Position numbers and translations under genes: made by a program. Source: an uncultured Solirubrobacterales bacterium (GTDB taxonomy: Bacteria; Actinomycetota; Thermoleophilia; Solirubrobacterales; JACPNS01). From it: DNA of 64,000 nt. The notes under the pieces are model-generated. The model searched no databases. It saw only the letters and a program-made list of their open reading frames with translations, and was not told the DNA's origin. The stretch covers positions 74,523 through 138,522 of the forward strand of contig CAKZMQ010000018.1 in the NCBI GenBank assembly GCA_937128795.1, written 5' to 3'. Shown in pieces: positions 45,063 to 54,177 of this stretch (position 1 is the stretch's first letter; every line of letters starts with the position of its first letter).

Positions 45063-46844
45063 TTATGCCGTTGCTCCGGCAACGATGTTGACCTTTGCAC
45101 CGACGGCATTGGCGGCGAAGCCGGCGATGTCCGCCGCTGTGAACGGCAGCCCGGTGATCTGCGTCTGCGAAATCAGTTTGATCTCGCAGTCTGCGCGCAC
45201 GATGCGGGCGAACTGTCCGGTGTAGTTGACCTCCGGCACGATGATCGTTTCCATGCCCTCGGCCCATTCTTTGATGCGCTCGATCGGCAGCGGTGAAATG
45301 ATCCGCGGATAGAAGGTCGCTGCGCTGATGCCCTGATCGCGCAAAATCTCTGCCGCCTCAACGGCCGCGCCTTCGGTCGAGCCCCAGCCGAGCAGGCCGA
45401 TCTTCGCACTCTCCGGGCCGGTCACCGTTACGCGGCTGCTCGCCGCCAGCGGCAATAGCTTGTTGAAGCGCTTGTCCTGCATCGCAATGTGCAATTCGGG
45501 CGTGTAGCCCGGGTGCCCAAGTTCGTCGTGCTCGATGCCGGTCGAAACGTACGCGCCCGGCGCTCCGGGGATTGCCATCGGCGAGACGCCGTCCTTCGTC
45601 AGCTCATAGCGTTTGTAGCGGTTCGGATCGCCGTCGCCGTTGACTGCGTCATAGCGAGGTCCCGTGACCGTGCTCGGCGGTTGGACGCGGTTCTCGACCT
45701 CCAGCTTCGAAAGGTCGGGCCGGTCGACGGTTTCCAGGCGGTGGCTGAGCGACTGGTCCGAGAGCAGGATCACGGGCACTTGGTAAGTCTCGGCTGCGTT
45801 GAACGCCTCAACCGCACAGGTCAGGCAGTCGTCCACTGTCGTCGGTGCAATCACAACACGCGGTGCCTCACCGTGTGACCCGTAGATCGCGTGGTTGAGG
45901 TCGCTCTGCTCAGTCTTGGTCGGCATGCCGGTCGACGGCCCGGCGCGCTGGGCGTCGACGATCACCGCGGGGATCTCGGCGGTGCCGGCCAGACCAATCA
46001 ATTCGCTCATCAACGAAAGTCCCGGACCAGACGTTGCCGTCATCGCCTTTGCACCGGTGAAACTCGCACCGAGCACCGAAGCCAGCGCCGCAATCTCGTC
46101 TTCAGTTTGAATCGCAACGCCGCCGAACTTCGGAATCCTTGCTGCAAGGCTTTCGAGAATGTCTGACGCCGGAGTGATCGGGTAGCCCGCGTAATAGGTG
46201 AGACCGGCATGCAGCGCGCCGGCGACGATCGCTTGATTGCCGCTGAGCAGGATTCGCTCACGCTCCGGCTCGCCGGGCTTTTGCACGTTGCAGACGTCGG
46301 GCAGGTTCTCACGCGCATAGGCCTCACCGGCCTTCAACGAGTTGATGTTCGCCTCGCCGACGTCGCCCTTGTGCGCATAGCGCTTGAGAATCAGTTGTTC
46401 GAGCTGCGTGACGTCGATATCAAGGAGGCCGCAGACCGACCCGACGACGACCATGTTCTTGCCGCGGCGGGAGCCACCGGCTTCTTCAGATATTTGGCTG
46501 AACGGCACCTCGTAGGAGCGTCCGTCGAACTCATCGGTTGCCTTCGCCGACTCAGCGTCAAGAATTACGATGCCTTCGGGGCCGACCGTCTCATTCTGCA
46601 GGTCGAATCCCTCTTGGTTGAAGCAGATCAGCAGATCGGTCTGGTTGCCGATCGAGCGAATGCGTTCGCTGCCGATCCGCACCTGAAACATGCACGGACC
46701 GCCCTTGATCTCTGCCGGGTATGTGCGGAATGTCAATCCCCAATAACCAGCACGCGCGGCGCCGGAGGTGAAAATGTCACCACCCGAAATAACGCCCTCG
46801 CCGGATTCGCCGGCGAGCTGGAGGGTGATGTCCTTGAGCGCCAA
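45063..46844 (-). CDS. korA: 2-oxoacid:ferredoxin oxidoreductase alpha subunit
   Basis: 593 aa. TTG start 8 nt after GAGGAG. Typical KorA/OorA layout (YAGYPITPASDILE). Confidence 0.9.
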   Translation of the reverse strand: MALKDITLQLAGESGEGVISGGDIFTSGAARAGYWGLTFRTYPAEIKGGPCMFQVRIGSERIRSIGNQTDLLICFNQEGFDLQNETVGPEGIVILDAESAKATDEFDGRSYEVPFSQISEEAGGSRRGKNMVVVGSVCGLLDIDVTQLEQLILKRYAHKGDVGEANINSLKAGEAYARENLPDVCNVQKPGEPERERILLSGNQAIVAGALHAGLTYYAGYPITPASDILESLAARIPKFGGVAIQTEDEIAALASVLGASFTGAKAMTATSGPGLSLMSELIGLAGTAEIPAVIVDAQRAGPSTGMPTKTEQSDLNHAIYGSHGEAPRVVIAPTTVDDCLTCAVEAFNAAETYQVPVILLSDQSLSHRLETVDRPDLSKLEVENRVQPPSTVTGPRYDAVNGDGDPNRYKRYELTKDGVSPMAIPGAPGAYVSTGIEHDELGHPGYTPELHIAMQDKRFNKLLPLAASSRVTVTGPESAKIGLLGWGSTEGAAVEAAEILRDQGISAATFYPRIISPLPIERIKEWAEGMETIIVPEVNYTGQFARIVRADCEIKLISQTQITGLPFTAADIAGFAANAVGAKVNIVAGATA

Positions 46845-47081
46845 GAAACTCCTCAGACTTCTTCAACGTTCCCGACGAATCGGGCCCTGAGCAAGGGGGT
46901 GGAGTTGAAGTTTGGTTCGTACATCAAGACTGCCAATGAGGCCACATGTTGACCTCGCCAGCAATATAGCGCGGGGTCCACGCGGCAAATCCAGTCGTTG
47001 GATCGGCGGCAGAGTAGGAATCTTTAATCGCTGCGAGCGTTTGTACTCGATAGTAAGGAACAGACCGCGGCCGCTTGTTAC

Positions 47082-47121
47082 CAAAAGGAAAAACGCCCCG
47101 GACCATTTGGTCCGAGGCGTT
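47082..47121 (-). terminator. Rho-independent terminator of amtB-glnK
   Basis: The minus strand reads AACGCCTCGGACCA-AA-TGGTCCGGGGCGTT followed by TTTTTCCTTTTGG. This is a 14-bp stem with one G-U wobble in the minus-strand RNA; the plus-strand version has a C-A mismatch. It lies 30 nt after the glnK stop. Confidence 0.85.
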
Positions 47122-47150
47122 CCATCCATCCACCATCCAGGAGTGGGGCT

Positions 47151-47525
47151 CTAAACCCCAGAGGGAATCTCTTCCGCTTCGTGCGACTGCAGGACAGACG
47201 CGCCACGCTCGCCGGTTCGGATGCGAATCGCATCCTCGACGCCGATGATGAAGATCTTTCCATCACCGACCTCTCCCGTGCGGGCGTACTTGAGGATCGT
47301 GTCGCAGACCGTCGTGACCTCTGAATCATCGACGACGCACTCGATCTTCAACTTCGGACGAAGGTGGATCACCAGTTCAGAGCCGCGATACGACTCGGTG
47401 ATGCCCTTCTGTCGTCCCGAGCCCTTCACGTCCGTGATGGACAGGCTCGGGATTCCGCTGTCGAGCAGGTCCTTGCGGATCGACTCGAACGCTTCGTGGC
47501 GAATGAAGGCTTCGATCTTTTTCAT
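47151..47525 (-). CDS. glnK: P-II nitrogen regulatory protein
   Basis: MKKIEAFIRHEAFESIRKDL..., a T-loop with Tyr (GRQKGITESYRGSE), and GDGKIFI. It lies immediately downstream of amtB. Confidence 0.92.
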   Translation of the reverse strand: MKKIEAFIRHEAFESIRKDLLDSGIPSLSITDVKGSGRQKGITESYRGSELVIHLRPKLKIECVVDDSEVTTVCDTILKYARTGEVGDGKIFIIGVEDAIRIRTGERGASVLQSHEAEEIPSGV

Positions 47526-47539
47526 GATTCAAGGCCTCC

Positions 47540-49042
47540 TTATGCCTGGGCGCCGGCGGGAGCGCCGGACGTCGGGGGTTCAGCGAGCACACTCGACGCG
47601 TGGCTCGGCGTGCCCGGAAGTCCGGGACCGACGAGTTCTGACGCCGGAATGAACTGCTCCGGGTAGCCGTACATGCCGTGTTCGGAGATGTCGAGTCCGG
47701 CGTCTTCCTCTGCCTCGGATACGCGCAGGCCGTAGGTTGCCTTGATGACGGCGAACACGATCATGCTGGCGGCGAAGACATACGCAAACGTCACACCGAC
47801 GGCGACGAACTGAACACCGAGCTGGCTGAGGCCACCACCGTAGAACAGTCCAGCTTCGCCGACGCCGTTGAGTTCGGCGAGGCCACCGGCAGTGAAGATT
47901 CCGCACGAGAGCGTCCCCCAGATACCGGCGAGACCGTGGGCCGAGAGCGCACCGACCGGGTCGTCAACACGCAGCTTCTCGAACATGAACACGCCGAGCA
48001 CGACAACGACACCACCGACCAGACCGATCGGGATTGCGGCCCATGCGAGTACGTATCCCGAAGGTGCGGTGATCGCGACCAGGCCGGCGATCAGACCGTT
48101 GCCGACCATGCCGATGTCGATCGTCTTCATGATGATGTAGCCGGTGATCAACGCGCCGAGCACGCCGCCGAGCCCACCGAGCAGCGTCACGACGCCGATC
48201 TCGGCGATGCGCGGGTCGGCCGAAAGCTGGGAGCCGGGGTTGAACCCGAACCAGCCGATCAACAGGATGAAGCAGGCGAGCCCGAACAGCGGCATGTTGT
48301 GGCCGGGGATCGCCCGAGCCTTGCCGTCGACGTACTTGCCCTTACGAGCACCCAACAACAGCGTCGCTGCGAGACCGGCGGTTGCACCCGTCAGGTGGAC
48401 CACCGATGAACCGGCGAAGTCCTGTACGCCGAGGTCGGCACCGAGCCAACCACCCCAGACCCAGTGCGAGACCGGCGGGTAGATGACCGACGCGAACAGC
48501 ACGCCGAAGATGATGTAGACGCCGAACTTGATGCGCTCAAGCGTCGTACCCCAGACGATGGCCAGTGAGACGGCGCAGAACGCATACTGGAATAGCCAGT
48601 CGGCCCATCCGGAGTATCCGATGCCCTCTTCGTTGACTGCCGCGAACGTACCGTCAGCAGCCGCTTGGTTGACACCGGCGATGTCCTTGAGGAACAGATT
48701 GTCCAGTCCACCGATGAACCAGTTTCCATCCGAGTACGCGAACGAGTAACCGACCGCGAAATACACGATTGCGGCGATTCCCATGTTCGTCAGGATCTTG
48801 GCGACGATCGTTCCGGAGTTCTTGCCACGCGAAAATCCGATTTCCAAAAACGCGAATCCGGCCTGCATGAACAGAACGAGAACGGCTGCGAGCAGAATCC
48901 ACAGCGTGTTCAGCTGAAACTGCGTGGACAGCGCGTCGGCATCCGTAACGGTCAACGCCCCAGCAGCAAGACTCGTCGCCGGGAGCATCAATGCTCCGAG
49001 CACAGCGAGCGCCGCTCCGAGGATTATTGGCTTACGTTTCAT
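47540..49042 (-). CDS. amtB: Ammonium transporter
   Basis: Trimmed to the ATG at 49042 (MKRKPIILGAALAVLGALMLPATSLAAG signal), preceded by AAGGAAA. Amt signatures FMQAGFAFLEIG and VHLTGATAGL are present. Confidence 0.92.
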   Translation of the reverse strand: MKRKPIILGAALAVLGALMLPATSLAAGALTVTDADALSTQFQLNTLWILLAAVLVLFMQAGFAFLEIGFSRGKNSGTIVAKILTNMGIAAIVYFAVGYSFAYSDGNWFIGGLDNLFLKDIAGVNQAAADGTFAAVNEEGIGYSGWADWLFQYAFCAVSLAIVWGTTLERIKFGVYIIFGVLFASVIYPPVSHWVWGGWLGADLGVQDFAGSSVVHLTGATAGLAATLLLGARKGKYVDGKARAIPGHNMPLFGLACFILLIGWFGFNPGSQLSADPRIAEIGVVTLLGGLGGVLGALITGYIIMKTIDIGMVGNGLIAGLVAITAPSGYVLAWAAIPIGLVGGVVVVLGVFMFEKLRVDDPVGALSAHGLAGIWGTLSCGIFTAGGLAELNGVGEAGLFYGGGLSQLGVQFVAVGVTFAYVFAASMIVFAVIKATYGLRVSEAEEDAGLDISEHGMYGYPEQFIPASELVGPGLPGTPSHASSVLAEPPTSGAPAGAQA

Positions 49043-49260
49043 GTGCAGTGAAATTTCCTTTCGGTCATGCAATAACCCGGCGACGTCAGAAGCCCGGTCA
49101 GAATGGTTTCGTGAATGCACGATCAAGGTATGGACAAGCCCATTTGCGCTTGTTGTACCGATGGAGAAACATTCACCGACGGCTTTGGACATAGGGTCAC
49201 GAACGGGTTGAAACCCGCATCGGAATGCACTATTCAGAGAGCTACCGAAAGGTAGGTGGG

Positions 49261-49554
49261 CTACTCGTCAGACTCGATTTCGGCGATGCGCTCGTCGCGC
49301 CGCTTGTCGAGTGACCGCATGAACAGCGGAAAGCTGATGGCTTCGACGATGACCAAAAAGGCGACGAGCGGTATGTACCCGCCGGGGCGCGTGAAAATCA
49401 GTGCAGCGGCGAGTCCCAGCACCGCGACGAGGCCGACGACCAGCATCCGCTTGATCTGGAGATAGTCGCGATCGACGCGTTCCAGCTGTTCGGCCTTGGT
49501 CTTGTTTTCTTGGTTGGCAGCCATCGGGGTCGAGGGTACCGCGCCGCTGGCCAC
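49261..49554 (-). CDS. Small two-TM membrane protein, unknown function
   Basis: 97 aa (MLVVGLVAVLGLAAALIF, IPLVAFLVIVEAISFPLF). It begins 12 nt after the metH stop. Confidence 0.5.
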   Translation of the reverse strand: MASGAVPSTPMAANQENKTKAEQLERVDRDYLQIKRMLVVGLVAVLGLAAALIFTRPGGYIPLVAFLVIVEAISFPLFMRSLDKRRDERIAEIESDE

Positions 49555-49566
49555 TTCGTGGGCCGG

Positions 49567-52500
49567 CTACTTCGTAAGAGACGCGGTTTCGTCGGCCAGT
49601 GCAGATTCGTCGAACTCATCCTCATCGGGTGATCCGTCCGAGTCCACGACCTTCGGTTTGCCCGTCTCATCGATCTCGCCGGCGATCGTCGCCTCTCGCG
49701 GATCTTCGAGGTTGATGGCACGTACGGCCGGGTCGCGCTCTGTTCCCTTGATCAATTGATCCGGCATCGCAACACCGGGCTTGGGCAAGAAACCGCTCTT
49801 GGTTCCGTAGTACACGGCCTGCGGATGATGGGCGACGATCGCGACAGTCGATTGCTCGGGCTCGACCGCGTAGGCACCGGAGAGGTACATGCCGATCGAT
49901 TCGGCGTCCAGTGCGCGGAAGACCTTCTCGTGTTCGCTCTGTTCAGGCACTGCTGGGTAACCCCACGAATAGCGGCGACCCTGCGTGGGATCGATACCCA
50001 AGTCTTCGCGAACCTTTGCGTGTAGCCACTCCGACGTTCCCTCAGCGGTCTGGACGCCGAGACCATGCACATAGAGCTGCTCGGCGAACTCGCCGTCCGC
50101 CTCGAGCTTTGCCATCAGATCCGTGACCTCGCTGCCGACGGTGACTGCCTGTATCGGCACCACGTCGTACTCGCCGGTCTGCTCGACCACTTCGCGCGGC
50201 TTGTAGAAGTCGGCCAGGCAGATGCGGTCGTGGCGTGGCTGGCGCGGCGCGACGAGCTTTTCGATTACGCGCGCTTCGGCGACCGGCTTTTCGCGGTCAT
50301 CCGGATCGATCAGCCAGATTTCGTTGCCGACCGAGTAGCCCGGGAAGTAGCCGAGCTTGGCGCGCGGATGCAGGTAGGTCTGCTCTTTCCACATGCGCTC
50401 AAGGCGCGGCTGGAACTCGTCCTGCAGCAGCTTGCGGTACTCCTCCGCCGACATACCGCGACCGCCCCAGTGCAGCTTGTAGAGCACGTGCGTGTCGAGA
50501 AAGTTGTAGACCTCGTCAAGTGGAACGTCGATTTCCTGCACACCCCAGAATGGCGGTGTCGGCACGGGAAGCTCGGTCTGAGCGGCCGAGCGCACCGAGT
50601 CGTCCGTGGTCGGCGGACCGTCGTCCACGACCTCGACCTCATTGCGCATGTCGGCCGCTGCCTTTGCGACCTTGGCAACGAGCTCTGCGCGTTCCTCCGG
50701 CTCGACCAGGCGGTCCATCACGGCAAGACCCTCAAAGGCGTCCTTGCAGTAAAAAACGCCGGGGTCATATGTGGTGTCGTCTTCTTTGCCATTGACATAC
50801 GACGCGCGGTAGCCAAACTTGCGGTTGATCGCGGCCCCGCCGAGCAGCACCGGAAACTCGAGCCCCTGGCGGTGGAGTTCCTGGACCGCAAGTGGCATCT
50901 GCTTTGAGGTTGAGACCAGCAGCGCCGAAAGGCCGATCGCTGTCGCGTCGTTTTCCTTTGCCGCGTCGACGATGTCGCCAACCGGCACCTGTTTGCCGAG
51001 GTCGACCACCGTGTAGCCGTTGTTGGTGAGGATCGTCTTGACCAGCGACTTGCCGATGTCGTGTACGTCGCCGAACACGGTCGCCAGGACGACCACGCCC
51101 TTTGTGTAACCCTCGATACGGTCGAGGTAGTTCTCCAGGCGCGCGACGGCCTTTTTCATCACTTCGGCGCTCTGCAGCACGAACGGCAGGATCAGCTCAC
51201 CGGCACCGAACTTGTCACCGACCTCCTTCATCGCCGGCAAGAGGACATCGTTGAGGGTCGGCACCGCGCCGATCTTGTCGACCGACTTGTCGATCCAATC
51301 TTCCACGCCCTCCTTCTTGCGGCGCAGGATGTGCCAGTGCAGAGCCTCCTCCGGCTCCATGCCCTCGGTCGGGTCGGCGGCTTCGTTGACGTCTTCCTCG
51401 CCCTTGCCCTCGAAGTGCTCGATGAACTTCTGCAGCGCGTCCTCGCTGCGGTTGAAGACGAGGTCGTCGGCAAGTTCGCGTTCCTCGTCGGAGATCTCGC
51501 CGTAAGGCGTGATGTGGTTCGGGTTGACCATCGCCAGGTCGAGGCCGGCCTCGACGCAGTGGTGCAGGAAGACCGAGTTGAGCACGGCGCGGGCGGTGAG
51601 GCCGACGCCGAACGACACGTTCGATACGCCGAGCGAGGTCTTGACCTGCGGCAGCGCCTTCTTCAACTCGCGGATGCCCTCGATCGTCTCGATCGCGCTC
51701 GGCTTCCACTCGTCGTCACCGGTCGTGAGCGTGAAGGTCAGGAGGTCGAAGATCAGAAGCTCTTCGTCGAGGCCGTGTTCTTTGCAGGCCAATTCGTGAA
51801 TGCGCTGAGCGATCTCGACCTTGCGGGCGGCAGTCTTCGCCATGCCGACTTCGTCGATCGTCAGGGCGATGACGGCAGCGCCGTGCTGGATGGCCAGCGG
51901 CACGACCTCGTCGAGCTTGTCGCGTCCGGCTTCGAGGTTGATCGAGTTGACGATCGCGCGGCCCGGGGTCTGTTCGAGCGCGAGCTTGATCACGTCGGGC
52001 TCGGTCGAGTCGATCTGCAGCGGCGCCGGCTGGGTCAGCGAGACGCGCTTGGCGACCTCGCGCATCTGTTCGGCCTCGTCGTCCGGCCGCTCGGTGAGTG
52101 CCACGCAGAGGTCGAGCACGTGCGCGCCGCCGGTGACCTGGTTCTCGGCAACCTGGACGAGGCCGTCGTAGTCGTTGTTGAGCAGAAGCTCTTTCGCGGC
52201 GCGCGAACCCTGCGAGTTGACGCGCTCGCCGACCAGCGTCGGGGCCGGCTCCTGCACGAGTGCGGTTGCGGCGATCATCGATGAGACGCGCGGCGGGCGC
52301 GGCGCCGGGCGTTCGGCAACCGGAAGGTCCGCGCAGCGGTCGGCGATCGCGCGGATGTGTTCCGGCGTGGTGCCACAGCAGCCGCCGACGATCGAGATTC
52401 CGTACTTCTCGACGAACTCACCGAGACTTTCAGCGAGCGGCCCCGGCTGTTCGGGGAACACCGTCTCGCCGTCGTCGCCCTGAACCGGCAGACCGGCGTT

Positions 52501-53265
52501 GGGAATACAGTGGACGGGCATCGGGCTGTTCTCGCCGAGAAAGCGGATCGCGTCGCGCATGTCCTCGGGACCGGTCGAGCAGTTGAGGCCGATGACATCG
52601 ACCTTCAGCGCTTCGAGCGTCGTAAGCGCGGCGTCGACATCGGTGCCAAGCAGCATCTTGCCGCCGTTGGGCAGCAGCGTGATCGACGTCTGGATCGGCA
52701 CCGAGCGGCCCGACTCCTTCATCGCCGCACGCGCGCCGAAAACGGCGGCCTTGACTTCGAGGATGTCCTGCGCGGTTTCGATGATGATCAGGTCGACGCC
52801 GCCTTCGAGCAGGCCGACGGTCTGCTCACGAAACGTTTCGGCGAGTTCGGCGAACGTGATTTCACAGAGGCCGGGTTCCATCGAGGCCGGCAACATGCCG
52901 GTCGGGCCGATCGACCCGGCGACGAAGCGATCCTCGCCGACGGCCTGGCGTGCAATCTGGGCGGCCTTGACGTTTATCTCGTGCGTGTGCTCGGCGAGCG
53001 TCGTGCCGTCGGCGAACTGCCATTCGCTGAGCTTCAGGCGCGAAGCCTGGAAGGTGTCGGTCTCGACGACCATCGCGCCGGCTTCCGCCATGCTGCGATG
53101 GACGCCTTCGATCACATCCGGACGGTGGAGGATCAGCGCTTCGTGCGCTCGGCCTTCGAGCTTGTAGTCGTCTTCGAGCGAGAGGTCGAACGCCTCGAGC
53201 GTCGCGCCCATCCCGCCGTCGAAGATGACGACTCGTTCGCTGACTGTCTTGAGGTAATCGCGCAT
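49567..53265 (-). CDS. metH: Cobalamin-dependent methionine synthase
   Basis: Trimmed from the 1483-aa ORF to the ATG at 53265 (MRDYLKTVSERVVIFDGGMGA), giving 1232 aa. All four modules are present, including the B12 motif GDVHDIGK and the C-terminal activation domain. Confidence 0.93.
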   Translation of the reverse strand: MRDYLKTVSERVVIFDGGMGATLEAFDLSLEDDYKLEGRAHEALILHRPDVIEGVHRSMAEAGAMVVETDTFQASRLKLSEWQFADGTTLAEHTHEINVKAAQIARQAVGEDRFVAGSIGPTGMLPASMEPGLCEITFAELAETFREQTVGLLEGGVDLIIIETAQDILEVKAAVFGARAAMKESGRSVPIQTSITLLPNGGKMLLGTDVDAALTTLEALKVDVIGLNCSTGPEDMRDAIRFLGENSPMPVHCIPNAGLPVQGDDGETVFPEQPGPLAESLGEFVEKYGISIVGGCCGTTPEHIRAIADRCADLPVAERPAPRPPRVSSMIAATALVQEPAPTLVGERVNSQGSRAAKELLLNNDYDGLVQVAENQVTGGAHVLDLCVALTERPDDEAEQMREVAKRVSLTQPAPLQIDSTEPDVIKLALEQTPGRAIVNSINLEAGRDKLDEVVPLAIQHGAAVIALTIDEVGMAKTAARKVEIAQRIHELACKEHGLDEELLIFDLLTFTLTTGDDEWKPSAIETIEGIRELKKALPQVKTSLGVSNVSFGVGLTARAVLNSVFLHHCVEAGLDLAMVNPNHITPYGEISDEERELADDLVFNRSEDALQKFIEHFEGKGEEDVNEAADPTEGMEPEEALHWHILRRKKEGVEDWIDKSVDKIGAVPTLNDVLLPAMKEVGDKFGAGELILPFVLQSAEVMKKAVARLENYLDRIEGYTKGVVVLATVFGDVHDIGKSLVKTILTNNGYTVVDLGKQVPVGDIVDAAKENDATAIGLSALLVSTSKQMPLAVQELHRQGLEFPVLLGGAAINRKFGYRASYVNGKEDDTTYDPGVFYCKDAFEGLAVMDRLVEPEERAELVAKVAKAAADMRNEVEVVDDGPPTTDDSVRSAAQTELPVPTPPFWGVQEIDVPLDEVYNFLDTHVLYKLHWGGRGMSAEEYRKLLQDEFQPRLERMWKEQTYLHPRAKLGYFPGYSVGNEIWLIDPDDREKPVAEARVIEKLVAPRQPRHDRICLADFYKPREVVEQTGEYDVVPIQAVTVGSEVTDLMAKLEADGEFAEQLYVHGLGVQTAEGTSEWLHAKVREDLGIDPTQGRRYSWGYPAVPEQSEHEKVFRALDAESIGMYLSGAYAVEPEQSTVAIVAHHPQAVYYGTKSGFLPKPGVAMPDQLIKGTERDPAVRAINLEDPREATIAGEIDETGKPKVVDSDGSPDEDEFDESALADETASLTK

Positions 53266-53357
53266 TTCGGAGATCCTGTCTGTGGGGTTCGAGCGGCGCG
53301 GCTGCGTCGTGCCACGATCGGTGCCTCGAACGAGCATAAAGCATGCATTTTGTCGAT

Positions 53358-53386
53358 TTGACGTCATAACGTCATTTCGGTATGAT
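53358..53386 (+). promoter_or_regulatory. Sigma-70-type promoter of the RHH-PIN operon with an embedded operator-like palindrome
   Basis: TTGACG (53358-53363), a 17-nt spacer, then TATGAT (53381-53386). The ATG lies 8 nt after the -10, so the mRNA is leaderless or near-leaderless. TGACGTCA palindrome at 53359-53366, and ACGTCAT repeated at 53361 and 53369. Confidence 0.6.
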
Positions 53387-53394
53387 CCAATGCA

Positions 53395-53637
53395 ATGGCG
53401 AAGAAAACAAAGCTCACCGCATATGTCGATCCGCTGGTCCACCGCGCCTTGAAGATCACCGCAGCTCGTCAGGGCTTGAAAGAGTCCGAGATCGTCGAAC
53501 GCGCATTGAAGGTTCAGCTCGGCCTCGATGCGGTCGAGGCATCCCACGAGTTGACGACGCTCACGGCCGACGAGGCGATGCAGGCTGCGGTGGATGAAGT
53601 GCGCGCATATCGCCGGACACATCCGATCACCAAGTAG
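53395..53637 (+). CDS. Ribbon-helix-helix (CopG-like) antitoxin
   Basis: 80 aa. KLTAYVDPLVHRALKITAARQGLKESEIVERAL is an RHH fold pattern. It lies directly upstream of the PIN gene. Confidence 0.8.
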   Translation: MAKKTKLTAYVDPLVHRALKITAARQGLKESEIVERALKVQLGLDAVEASHELTTLTADEAMQAAVDEVRAYRRTHPITK

Positions 53638-53658
53638 TGGCTGGAAACGAGTGATTCG

Positions 53659-54093
53659 ATGATTCGCGTTGTCGCCGATACCGATGTGTTGGTGGCGGGA
53701 TTCATCGGCCCGTCCGGTTCGCCCGCCGACGTCCTGCTCGAAGCCCACCGCGAGGGCGAGTTCGAGTTGGTCACCAGTCCGCGCTTGATCGCGGAGCTCG
53801 ACGGCGTCCTGCGTCGTCCGGTGTTCGCAAATCATGCAGACGAACGACGCGCAGCAGTGTTCGTCGACCAGCTGACTGCCTCCACCCTCTTCGTCGCCGA
53901 CATCTACGACCCGCCGCGCGTCACGATCGATCGAACGGGAGACTTTCTCGCCGCGATAGCACGGACGGCCGGCGCCCGGTACGTGATTTCCGGCGACGAG
54001 TCGCTGCGCTCCTCGCACGTGAAGGACCTAACCGTGTTGTCGGCCACGGAATTCGTCACGGCCCTGGATCGCGCCGAAGCGATGCGCGTTTGA
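53659..54093 (+). CDS. PIN-domain toxin (VapC-like, PIN_3 type)
   Basis: 144 aa. The N-terminus is MIRVVADTDVLVAGF (acidic D). The later FLAAIARTAGARYVISGDESL is typical of this PIN subfamily. Confidence 0.8.
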   Translation: MIRVVADTDVLVAGFIGPSGSPADVLLEAHREGEFELVTSPRLIAELDGVLRRPVFANHADERRAAVFVDQLTASTLFVADIYDPPRVTIDRTGDFLAAIARTAGARYVISGDESLRSSHVKDLTVLSATEFVTALDRAEAMRV

Positions 54094-54177
54094 GACGATC
54101 TCCGCATGAACTACGTATGACGGCCGACCGACTGACGATCATAATTTGTCGCCACCAACCGAAAGGCCCGTTCGCAG

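Noticed and set aside
47108-47121. GGTCCGAGG in the glnK terminator as another copy of the 21-bp motif
   Set aside because: Only the 9-nt core matches. The flanking TTGCAA hexamers are absent, and the sequence is fully explained as a terminator stem.
49043-49260. GlnR-type box (GTnAC-N6-GnAAC) upstream of amtB, for example GTCACGAACGGGTTGAAAC at 49196
   Set aside because: The spacing between half-sites does not fit the actinobacterial consensus, and only one partial pair is present. It cannot be supported without a clade-specific matrix.
53266-53394. SAM or cobalamin riboswitch in the metH leader
   Set aside because: Reading the minus strand, I find none of the conserved cores (no B12 box, no SAM-I/II/IV signature). 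The space is largely occupied by the divergent TA promoter.
53266-54018. N-terminal 250-aa extension of the metH ORF. The same issue affects 7561..8169, 49043..49192, 24434..24916, 24137..24436, 45041..45109 and 3910..4089.
   Set aside because: The extensions have no homology-like sequence and overlap other genes or repeat elements. Each is followed by an internal start that gives a canonical N-terminus (signal peptide or family-typical first residues), often with a Shine-Dalgarno.
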